From positions 1 through 41,784 of IMG/VR virus record IMGVR_UViG_3300027769_000052: a DNA stretch of 41,784 nt; one strand, 5' to 3'. Below are positions 18,101-29,300 of this stretch, one piece after another. A program made the position numbers and the translations under genes. Each line of letters opens with the position of its first letter. Position 1 is the first letter of the stretch. The notes beneath the pieces were generated by a model. The model had not been told where the DNA came from and made no database searches. It saw nothing but the letters and a program-made list of their open reading frames with translations. Source of the stretch: a virus (lineage: Duplodnaviria > Caudoviricetes).

Positions 18101-20356
18101 ATGGCTGAAGGATCTAGACCCATTGCTCGCCCGTACGAAGGGCAACGCGTTAACCCTGTACCCGAAGGCTTTTTGGCGTCCTACGCCCAGATCGCCCAAG
18201 GGATGCAGAAGACTGGGGAGATCATCGGCAAGGGCATTGGCGAGGCCATCGCCCAGTACAAGCAGGATCAGGACGAGAAGGTCGCCAATCAGGAAGCCGT
18301 CGGCTCCCTTGTCGGTGAACTGCCTCGCATTCAGTCGATGCTTGAGGGCCAGATCAAGGACACCCCTGCGGAAGTCGTCAAGGCGGCTCAGGATCCTAAC
18401 AATGTGACCAGTGCCGTCGTCGCTTACCGTGCGAGAACCGCCGCACTTGAAAACATCGGTAAAGACATCTCTGGGTTCGGCAATAAGAACGCCAAGGGAC
18501 AACAGGCTATCATCGGCAAGTACACGATCCTTGCGAAGTCTGCCAGCACTTGGCACGACGAACAAGTTCAACTAGCCGCCGCAAAAAGAGCCGCCGAAAA
18601 AGACGCGGCGGGCGACGCCCGTGCCGCAACCGAACAGGATCTTAGGTATAAAGAATATCTGGCTAAGACGGCTGGACAGAGAGGTGCCGCTGTCCTCAAA
18701 GACTCCATCGCTGAGGCCGAAAGACTTAGCGGTCTAGGCATTCCAGAGATCCAGAAAAACCTTTACGCCGCGTACGCTCGGCTTGGAGAAATTACGCCAC
18801 TTCTTGCTAAGGCTGAAAAGGGATCTCCTATCCGCGACGAATACGATGCTGTCGTGGCTCAGATTAAGCGTCTTGGAGATGAGTCCGTCACTGTCCTAGA
18901 CAGGGCGGCGATCCTCGATACAGAGAACAAGAAGGATCTGGCTAACTTTGAATTTGGTGGGGATGTTGGCAAAGCAAAGGCGGCTCTTCCTGCCTTGCTT
19001 GAGCAGTACAAGCAGATCACTCGCCTTGGCATCGACGGTATGCCGAAGCCTCAGAAGGAACAGGCAAGATGGCTTAAGTCTGACATCGACGAACTTAAGA
19101 CAGCCATCGCTGAGGCCGAAAAGACGGGCAACCCGCTTGTCTTTAAGCCGTCGTCTGTTGTAGATCAAAACAAGCGAGAGTATCGTGCTATTCGTGCGAC
19201 ACAAATTTACGAGCAGACAGCCAGAGCCACAGGCATCCCAGTTACCAATATGGAGAAGGAGTATGTCTACCAGATGGCGTACTACGAGGGAGAGACTACG
19301 CACGACGGATACGACATCAAAGCGGACGAGAAGACTGGTATGCTCACCTCGACCAGAAACAAAGACTGGGAGCGTTGGTATCAGTCTGATTACGCCAATA
19401 TGGACGCCACGCAGAAGGCGGCGTTCGACAAGTGGCAACAGGACACCAACTCCAGACTTGCTCAGGCTAACACACAGCGGTTCGGAGTGCTTAACGAGCA
19501 GGGCAAACTTGTCGCCAGACAGTACATCTGGGACAGATACAGCGGTAGCGGAAACCTGTACATCAAGGGACAGTTGAACCTCCCGCAGAAGGAAGCCGCT
19601 GAACTGCATCAGTACCTGATCGACGAGAATCAGGTTAATATGGCCCTTTCTGGCATTATGGATCACCTCGTCCAGAAGGACGCGGATGGTAAGCCGATTA
19701 TGGAAGGCGACCGCTACAAGATGCGGGACATTTCCAAGTTCAGCACCTCAGAGAAGCGTGAGTATGCCGTCAAGGTTGCCGAGTTTATCCGAGCCAAGGC
19801 CAAGGGCCTCGGTGTGCTTTCCAAGCAGGACTGGGAATACCTCGACACCCTTGCTCCTAACATCGCAAAGCAGTTCGGTGAAAACTACAACTTCTCCGAT
19901 AAGGGAGTCGCTGGCATTGCTGATATGATCATCAATAGCCTTACGGTTAACTCTGATGTGATCCTGCCTCGTATCCAAAGTCAGATGAAGTCCGTCGGCG
20001 AACGCGTCAGGCTTAAGATGTCCTCCTATACAACCGTTGAAGGCAAGGCTCTTGAGGTTACCGCTGGAGAAGCAAGAGACCTTGAAAATCAGGAGTATAG
20101 AGGTACTAGACTTCGCGGCTGGTGGGACACGGTTTCTACAGCCAAGACATCCGACTACACTTATACCAATCGTCTTGAGCAGTTGAACGGCGTGATGACG
20201 CAGACTTGGGCTAACCGCAATATGGGCGGTGCTGGTGCTACTCCGTTCAGATCCGCGTATGAGGACAGCCTAAGACAACTTACCGCCGAACTCAGATCTA
20301 GGGGCCTTTCAGACGACCAGATCAAGGAGATCATCGCGGACAATTTCCCTAACTAA
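18101..20356 (+). CDS. DNA ejection (internal virion) protein 2
   Basis: 751 aa helical; N-terminal GEIIGKGIGEAIAQY; KGLGVLSKQDWEYL motif; position. Confidence 0.7.
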   Translation: MAEGSRPIARPYEGQRVNPVPEGFLASYAQIAQGMQKTGEIIGKGIGEAIAQYKQDQDEKVANQEAVGSLVGELPRIQSMLEGQIKDTPAEVVKAAQDPNNVTSAVVAYRARTAALENIGKDISGFGNKNAKGQQAIIGKYTILAKSASTWHDEQVQLAAAKRAAEKDAAGDARAATEQDLRYKEYLAKTAGQRGAAVLKDSIAEAERLSGLGIPEIQKNLYAAYARLGEITPLLAKAEKGSPIRDEYDAVVAQIKRLGDESVTVLDRAAILDTENKKDLANFEFGGDVGKAKAALPALLEQYKQITRLGIDGMPKPQKEQARWLKSDIDELKTAIAEAEKTGNPLVFKPSSVVDQNKREYRAIRATQIYEQTARATGIPVTNMEKEYVYQMAYYEGETTHDGYDIKADEKTGMLTSTRNKDWERWYQSDYANMDATQKAAFDKWQQDTNSRLAQANTQRFGVLNEQGKLVARQYIWDRYSGSGNLYIKGQLNLPQKEAAELHQYLIDENQVNMALSGIMDHLVQKDADGKPIMEGDRYKMRDISKFSTSEKREYAVKVAEFIRAKAKGLGVLSKQDWEYLDTLAPNIAKQFGENYNFSDKGVAGIADMIINSLTVNSDVILPRIQSQMKSVGERVRLKMSSYTTVEGKALEVTAGEARDLENQEYRGTRLRGWWDTVSTAKTSDYTYTNRLEQLNGVMTQTWANRNMGGAGATPFRSAYEDSLRQLTAELRSRGLSDDQIKEIIADNFPN

Positions 20357-23300
20357 TGGCTAACGATTTTAAGTTTCAACCTAACAAGGAAGTAGTCGCC
20401 GCTAAGAAAGCCGAAGAACAAGCGGCGGCAGATGCGGCGGCTGGTAAGCCGAAAGACCTTGTTGCGGAGATCCTAGCCGCTCCTCCTATTGACGCCAAGC
20501 GAGAGCAGGAGATCGGGAACAAGCATTTTAGGCGTATTCTTCACGGGGTTAACGGAACCTCTGATGACAAGGCACCGCTTACTCAGGACGAAGCCGCGAT
20601 CAAAGACGCTTACGAAAAAGAACTTAAGGCCAACTACGCGGCTGAGATGGAGCGAGCCAAAAAAGTGGACGCTGTAGCCCTTTCTCCGTCTCCTCTTAAC
20701 GACAAGCAGAAGGACGCTCTAGGACGCCACCTTAACATCCAGTTTGTCCAAAACAGAGGACTCTGGAAGAAAATGACCGACGACGAGATCGCGACGATGC
20801 TTGATTACAGGCGTAGGAACAGAGACGACTGGAGACAGGTCTATGCCGAATACAACCCTAACGGAACCAAGTGGGATGTCGCCGCACACGGTTTCAAGTC
20901 TTGGGCAAAAAGCCTTAAGTTGCCAGTCATTGGAAGAAGTACGAGCCAACTTTTTTCTACTTCTGATATGTTGTCTGAACTCAGCAATACAGACAATACT
21001 CGACTTCAAACAAATGCCGCCGTTCAGGCAGAGTTTTGGGCAGTGCTTAAAAAGTTTAAGGCTGATCCTAATTCCAGAAGAAAAGAAACCGTTGATGGAC
21101 TGCTTGCGGAAATTGAGAAAAACAAGGAACTCTTGCTTCAGTCAAATTGGGAGAAGCACCCTGAGTTTAAGGCCAAGATCGACACGCTTAACAATGTCGA
21201 AATGGCTGACTTAATTTTAGCACTTAACCACACTAGGTCACCGTATTTCCAGAAAGGCGAAAAAGTCCGTGGCGTTTTTGATAAGCCTTATCAAATGCGT
21301 CTTGATGACTTTGTGTTAGACGATGTGGATGGCGAATGGGATCCAGAATGGGCAAGGAAATACACGCCTCTGACTGCAATTGCTTACGCTCATACTGGTG
21401 GAATGGGTCACGACGATCCAGCCGCCGAGGCCAGACAGACGCTTTACAATAGAATCATCGGAGGAGAGATCCCTGATTCTGGCGGTCTTCCTTTTGGACT
21501 AGGAGTAAACAAAAGATGGAACAAAGGTTCACACCCAATCCTGTTCGCAGTAGATAACATTGGTAAAGGTGCGTTTAGTGCTGGAGAAAGCGACAACGCG
21601 TTTTACTCAAAAGTGCTTATGGCACAACGCTACGCCCAATCTGGTGCGGCGGTTGCAGAAGGTGCGTTAACTGGTGCCGTCACGCTTGGCAAAGGCGTCA
21701 TCAATGAAGCCTACGACCCCACTGAGGAAGCGTCTTGGTCTAATCTTTTTACCGAAGGTGAAGTAGGCTTCATCAAGAACTGGTTCCATACCGTTGGAAC
21801 GGGAACGCTTACGGATATGAAGCAGATGGTGACTATGTTTAAGGCTTCTATGCGTACATCGGACAGCATCGATGCGTATATGAACGGCGAGAAGTCTCTG
21901 ATCGCTGGCCCTGCTTTGGCGATGCTTTCTGGGATGAGCCTAGACGACGCTCAGAAGACGCTGAGAAAATACGGTGCCCTTAACGCCGAGGCGATCAACA
22001 CGGGTATGTTTAGGTACAACCCTTCCGCTATTGCTGGCAAGTCTGCCGTCATCGGTCAGGCTGGTATGGCTGGCGGCGTCGGCGTCATTGGTGGAATCAC
22101 CAAGTTCAACAATGTCCTAGCCGCGAACAAGATCATCACGCTACGAAGAGCCGTAACGATCAACAACAAGTTGACCAAACTTGGTAACGGCATTGCCGCC
22201 GTTGAAGCATTTTCTTTCGGTCTTCCCGCCAAGGTCGTCGGCACCGTCGTCGGTGGAACTGGTCGTGCCACCCTGTACGCGGTTGGCAAGGCTGGCGAAG
22301 CAATCGCAAACGGACTCAACAAGATCGGCCTAAACATCACACCTAACAAAGCGTTAGGTATGGTCGGTGTTTCGTCCGCGTTTACCAACTTTACGCTCGG
22401 TCAGAAGTTGCTCGGCCTTTACGGCTTTGGAGTCGCCGCCAACGATGTTGGCTTTTTCCTGAAGCGTTTTGGATATACTGGCGTCAACGCCAACGGATAC
22501 GGATTTGCCAAGGCTATGGAAGAGGTTGGCAAAGAATGGTCTAAAGGCCCTGTCGCTGGATCTATTTTTGAAGGTGCTACTAACCTTACGGCCTTCGGTG
22601 CCAGAATCGCCAAGGGGGCTGGCAAGTATACATTCCTTACCATTCCTATGCACGACTTCGTCAAGGGGTCGTGGCACGGTGCTGGCGTCGGCTACGGCCT
22701 AGGCTTTATGCAGGACGGGCACAGGGCTGGCGTCGCTGGCCTATGGGGCGGCGTAGGTATGGGTGGTGCGGGTGGTGCTTATGCTTCTTGGGGCCAGTGG
22801 AGAGGCGGCTTGTACGCCCACGCTCAGACTAAGTCCGAGTTGTTCAAACTGGTTGAGAACGATCCCATTCAACTTGAACTTGTCAAAGAACAGGTGAAGA
22901 ACGCCGAGATCCGACAGGACTGGAACGCCATCCCGCTTATGCTTGGATCTGCCAAGTACGCGGCTGAACACGGCTTCCGCGTGACCCTTCACAGAAACGG
23001 CGACATCCAGCACATCGACGAGAACCTTCTCGATGTGGACAGCCTGACGGACGCTGACCTTACCATCAACGGCAAGAAGCACGATCTTGTCGCGGAAAGA
23101 GACACGCTTAACGCCCTTGCCGAGGCTGAACTAAACATCAGAAGACGGCTTGCTCAAGACGACGCCGAGACTGATCCGCTTAAGAAACTGTCGGATGCCC
23201 AGAGGGCACAGTTGCTTCAGGACGCGATGACCGCTTCTCAGGCCGCTGAGGCTAAACACGCCGATTACAGAAAGGCCATCAAGGACTGGCTTACAGACCT

Positions 23301-26300
23301 TAAGGTCAACGGCGACGAAGCCACGCGGGCCAAGGTTGCTTATCTTAACAACCATTACCAAGGCTTGTTCGTTTCTGGCAAGGCTGGCGAAGGTGTGATC
23401 TTCGTGAATGTCGATCTGGCTAACAACACCGCCACGGCACACGAACTGTTCCACGGCGTACAGACAGCCATCGCGATCCATTCTGCCAAGGCCCACTTCG
23501 TCAATCAGGTCTTCGGCATCTCAAGCGACACGATCGTCGAGACAGACGCCACTGGACAACTCATCAGCAAGGGCATCCTTACGGTTCAGAAGGGCGGTGC
23601 CAGCGTTGATATCCTGAAGGACTTCGCCCAACTTTACATCGACACGCTATACGCGGGCAAGGGCAGGGAAGCCGTCAGAGACAGAAAGAAGGCTCAGGTG
23701 CTTGAGGCTATCGACGCTCTCAACAGAAAAGACCTGACCGTAGACGCGATGCAAGCGGCTGAAAGCATCCTACGCAACTACGCCGAAGAGTTCGGTGCTT
23801 ATTACTTTGAGTCCTACCTCGTCAGAAACAAGGCCGACTTGCTTTACAACAAGGGCAAGTACTCCGCTTTTGAGCGTATCCTGAATCAGGTCGAGAACTA
23901 CATCGATCACAACACCAAGTTGGATCTTAACGGTCAGGGTATCCACGAAAACATCCTTCGCATCAGGAACGAGCGTGAAAGCAAGAACCAGCGTGAACTC
24001 GTCAGGAAACTGGACAATGTTCACAAGAAACTGGCAGAGCAAAACCAGAAGTTGCTGGATCTCGCTCAGAAGGAAGCCAACGGCGATGTGTCGCGTGACG
24101 CCAACGGCGAGGTCATCTGGAAGGCGGGAAAGAAGGCCCGTGCCGAAACGATCAGGGAAGGCATCGGTCTGCTTCACAAGCAGAGACTCGATCTTCAAGC
24201 CGCCGCCAAGCAGAACAGAATCGGTAGCACCTTTGTCAACAAGGACGGTACGCACCTGATCCTGCCTCAGGCCGAGGCGGCGATTAAACGAATCATCGAA
24301 AGCAAGCCCAAGTCTCTTTCGACAAACCCGTTCGACCTTTCCACGCTTCCCAAGAAGGATCTGGAATCCATTCTTACTAGGGCTGGTCTTGAACACTGGG
24401 TCGATCAGAACGGCAACCTTAAGCCCAGAGAGGTCATCGAAAAGGAGACCGCTGAGAGAGGTAAGGCGTCTATCGATCTGCTTAAGCAACTGGGCCACAA
24501 GGTCACTGGCATCGTCTTCCACGAAGACAAGGACGGCAACACCCGTGGTATCGGCGTATTGACCGACGAAGGCATCAAGGCCCTCAGGGACAAACTTCTC
24601 ATCACTGACTCCGAACTGATCAAGATCACGACCCTCCGCAATGTGATCAGGGGCGTCATCGGTATGGATCCGCTCGGCGGTGGCGAAATGAACTTCCTGT
24701 ACAACGGACTCAGCGGAGAGTACTATGCTGGTGACGGTAGCGTCGGAAGAAACAGAAAGCCCAAGAACGAGGTCGCTCCTACCTACCGCAGAGTCCTGCC
24801 GTACAAGATGGAGTTCGTGATGACCACCAAGGATCGCGACGGGAACAAGATCCCGCCCCGCTTTGAGGTTATGATGACTGGCATCGATATGGGCGTAGTC
24901 CTAGATCGTGCCGCGTTTGAGTTCGGTCAGTCTTATGCGATCGGCAACACGGGCACTACCTTCAGCGTGTCCGAGCAGTTTGGCGGCAACTTCGCCCTGT
25001 TCAAGCAAGCCATCCATATGTACATCACTGGCCTTTCCGAAGGCCGTATGCCTTCTGCTGACCTGTTTGGCGGTGGCGAGCGTGGTCAGGCTATCAGAGA
25101 TGTGATGCTTCGCGTGATCGGGCCTAGCCCTGAGCGGTCTTTCCGCTCCGACGGCACCCCGATGTTCGACAACAACCCGATCATCAGGCCGTTCAACACT
25201 TGGGACAGAGGCCCTAACTTCGCGTTCACGACATTCCGCGTCGATCTGATGCAGGACATCGAAGTGATCCATTCCGCTCTTAAGTTCGACGAGCAGACTG
25301 GGTACAACAACCTCACGAAGAATTTCAGCCCAGTTCAGTACACTTCCCCTCAGACCGTTCGCGGCAGGGTCAACTTCACCGCCACGGCAGACTACGAGTG
25401 GATCAACCGCCGCAAGGAGAACATCGTCGGCACAAGAACCGCGAGTTACACGGTGACGCAAACGAAGGACGGAAGGTTCCAAGTCGGATCCGAGGACTTC
25501 AAGAAGCCGATCATCGTATCTAGCGAAAAGGCCGCAAAGGACTTCATTGAACTGGATGTCCAGCGTCGCGAGTACATCGGAAAGAACATTCTTGCCGCCC
25601 ACCTCCACGGTGGAGAGTCAGGCGTCCTTGCTGTTAGCCACAACGGCAAGTATATGCTGATCGACACGAAGAACAAGAACAGGCCGATCGAGGGCCGAGT
25701 CTTCGACAACGAGGTTCAGGCTGTCACTGAAGCCGCTAGGATCCATAACGACAACCTCTTGTCTCTACTTAGGGGCAAGACTGGCGAGCGTGAAAGACGC
25801 CTTGCTGAGTCGCTGATCGAACAGGCCATCGCCTCCAACTCGTCCAACCCTGAGATGATTCCTCAGCGTCTTGCTATCGGCAAGGGTGGCCTACCCAAGA
25901 TGTCGATCGTCCGCGACGCCGAGGGCAAAGAGGTCAAGTACACCGCTAACGACGACGAGGTGAAGCGTGGCCTTGCTGTCCCGAACCAGACCAAGAAGGT
26001 AGTCCAGTTCCAGAAGGTCGGCTATGGCCTTATGGAGTCTATGGTCGGCAACTCAAATCTTAGACTGATGGATCCTGCCGTCATTGGTGCGGCAGAGCGT
26101 GTCGCGGAAGAACTGGTCAGGGAGGCTAGGGAAGCCGTCAGAGATCCTGCCAAGCGTAAGGGCATCGACTGGTACAGACGAATGGTTCGCGACGGATACT
26201 CCGTCTTCGGATCCATCTACGGTATGTTCTCCGAACTGGAGGGTGCCACATCTGCCAGAACCCCTGTCGCGGAGAATTTCAAACAGGCTATGGAGGCTCT

Positions 26301-29300
26301 TACCCTGTTCTCCAGAAACGCCTACAACAAGCAACTCGCCGAGGTCGATGCCGCGATCAAGGACATTGAGGCTAGGGCCGCAGTCAAAGACGAGGTCACT
26401 GGAAGATCTAAGTTTGAGGCCGAGGCGGTTGACATCCTTCACAAGAAAGCCGCCGCCAAGGAGGCCAACGAAAAGTTCGACGAAGATCTCGATTGGTTTG
26501 AGTGGGAAGATCCGCAGTCCGTCGGCAGAGATATCGACGCCGAGGCTTTGGCTGGATTCAGGGACGCTTACCTGAACATCAGAAACACATCTAAGAAGAC
26601 GACGCTTACCCCTGCCCAGTTGTCTGACGCGTTGCAGGGTGCCAAGTCTAAGGTCTTCAAACAGGCTGGTGCGTTGATGCTCCGAGCCAACGGCAAGAAG
26701 TACAACGCCAACACCGTCAAGGTGGGTCAGGTGATGTACGGCCTTTGGAGAGATCTTACCGAAGGGCCTAAGACCCCTAACTTTGCTGGCAACCTTTCTG
26801 GCCTCGTCAGATCGGCGACCGTCGATGTGTGGGCGGCTAGATCGCTTCACCGAATCATCAACAGCAAGATCAACGGCAGACAAAAGTGGCGTCTCTCGGC
26901 TGGTATGGAGACTGGCGTTGACTATGTCTGGTACCCGCAAGGCGATAACTTTAACCCGAACTGGGAAGGCGGCGGCGACTTCTTCTTTGGTCAGAAGATC
27001 TTTGAACTAGCCGCTGAGACGCTTCGTCAGGAAGGCGGCGACTTCGCCGATATGATGCCCGACGATCTTCAGGCTCTTATCTGGTTCCACGAAAAGGGAA
27101 TCTGGGCAGAAAACGGCTGGACTGATTCCGCTGGTGCGGAGTTCTCCTCCTTTGAAGGGCCGACCGAGCGTGTGTCTGGTACGCGTGATGCCACTGGCGT
27201 AAACGAGTGGAACAACATTCGCCGCTTCCTCGTCGGCGTGTCTGGCTCCTATTGGTCTGGCGGCATCGACATCCCCGTCGCTGGTAAGATCGTCGCCCAG
27301 TCCGCGATTGCTCGCCAGTACACCGCCCCGCAGGGACGAGTGCTTCAACTTAAGGGTGCCGTCGCTGACGCATTGAAGCCCATCGGTCAGAACAGCGGAC
27401 AGTCGTACGGATACTACGGCGACTACCTAGAGCATTCTCTGTTCTTCGATATCCTTGTCCAGCGTGGCAGAACTCAGGATCTGGCTCAGGAAGCCGCCAA
27501 GGGTGACTCCGAACTGGTCAAGGCTCAGAACAAGTTGGACGGCCTCAGGGCCAAAATGCGTGATCCCAATACGCCGTCTACGGAACGCGGCAAAATCGAC
27601 AAAGCGATCAGGAAAGCCGAAGCCGCCCTCGCCACTGCGAAGTCTGGCAGAACCGAGAAGAACGCCGCTTACCAGCAAGAGGTAAGCAACCCGTCTATGC
27701 TAAACCAGATGTCCTTGCTTCTGGAACATATGATCGGCGTCGCCAAGAACTACAACCAGTCCGATGTGATGGTCGGCGAGGTCGTCGGCGAGAACCACCC
27801 GAACGCCCGTCCTGCTATGGAAGTGCTGTTCGCTAAGGACAAGCCCGTCGATCTGGCTACCGCTCTTGATATCGCCAACAGGCTCAAGGCCGCTGGCAAG
27901 GATTGGATCTCTGGCTTCACGCTTGTTCCTGATCCCAGAAACGGTGCCAACCCCAGACTCACCGAGATCACCAAGCGTCTTGCTGAGGTGACCGCCGAGC
28001 GTGGCGTCCCCGTCAAGGGCAAGGAAGCCGAGTTCCAGAAACTGACCAACGAGGTCAACAGTCTTACCAAGTTCATCGGCGTCAGATCTGAGGCCAACCC
28101 TGAGATGACCGCTAGGTTCGCGACTGACAATCCGATCGCGGAGATCAAGACTGGCAAGCGTAACCTCCTGACCGAAGCGGACGCCAGATGGTATATGGAG
28201 AACTGGAGACAGGCCGTCAAAGACGCATCACTTTCAATCACCGAACACAATGGAATCCGACTACAGCCCAGAGAATACTTCGTCAGCACCGAGACAGTCC
28301 CCAAGGGATCCTATGATTCCTTCAACCCCGCCGAAATTGGTCGAGAGGTATCTCTCGCGGACAGACTCCACAGATACAGGGTCGGTCTCGAAAGAGAGGC
28401 CGCCCTCGCCGACGAATTCGTCCGAACAGGCGAACTATTCCCCAGCGAATCTACCGTCCTCAAGGATAATCGGACAACTTGGGCCGCGACTTCGGCAGAT
28501 CGAGAGGCTGGATCAAGAGTCGATCCGTCTCTGGATGCTTATGAACAAGGGCAGACAGCGGCCCGCGTAAGCGGCAACATCAAACTCACGCCTGACGCGG
28601 CTGACGCGTGGATCAAGAAGGCGTTCACGGTTCCGATGATCAAGTCGGACGGCGGCATCGTTTGGGGCAACAAGGACTTTACCGTCACCCAGCGTAGAGC
28701 CGCCGACGGAACCCTTACCAACACCTACGAGATCAGAGGTGCCTACGACCGTCATCCGACGATCGTCACTGGCCTTGAGAACGCCAAGATCGCGACCAAG
28801 CAGAGAATCACTGGAGACCTTGGTGCGGCGGCTGGCGAGCGTTCGATCGAGGTCAACGGAGAGAAGTTCACGATCAACGAGGCCACGATCCTTGGCTTTA
28901 CCGAGGCGGGAGAAGCCAACAATCCGAACGCTGGCAGATACGACAAGGAGTCCAACATTTTCAAATACAAGCCTGACGACGCTCCTGAGGTTCAGAAGCA
29001 CCCGTACAACAGCAAGCAGTTCAGGGATGTCTTTACCAATCAGTCTGGCCCCATCACGGACTTCTATTCGCACAGAGCGGAAAAGGTTCACGCCAGACTT
29101 AACGCGTTGATGGCTCGCCTTGGCCTAGACCAGAAGTGGGAAGTCCAGTTCAGAATCGATAATGTCAACGACAACACCACTCCTGATTACCAGTTCAATG
29201 CTGGCAGAACATCGTTGGTGATCGTCACAAAGAACGGGAACTTCCCGATCAGAATTGGTTTCCAGTCTTGGGATGTCTCCAAGGTGGCGACGGATCCCAA

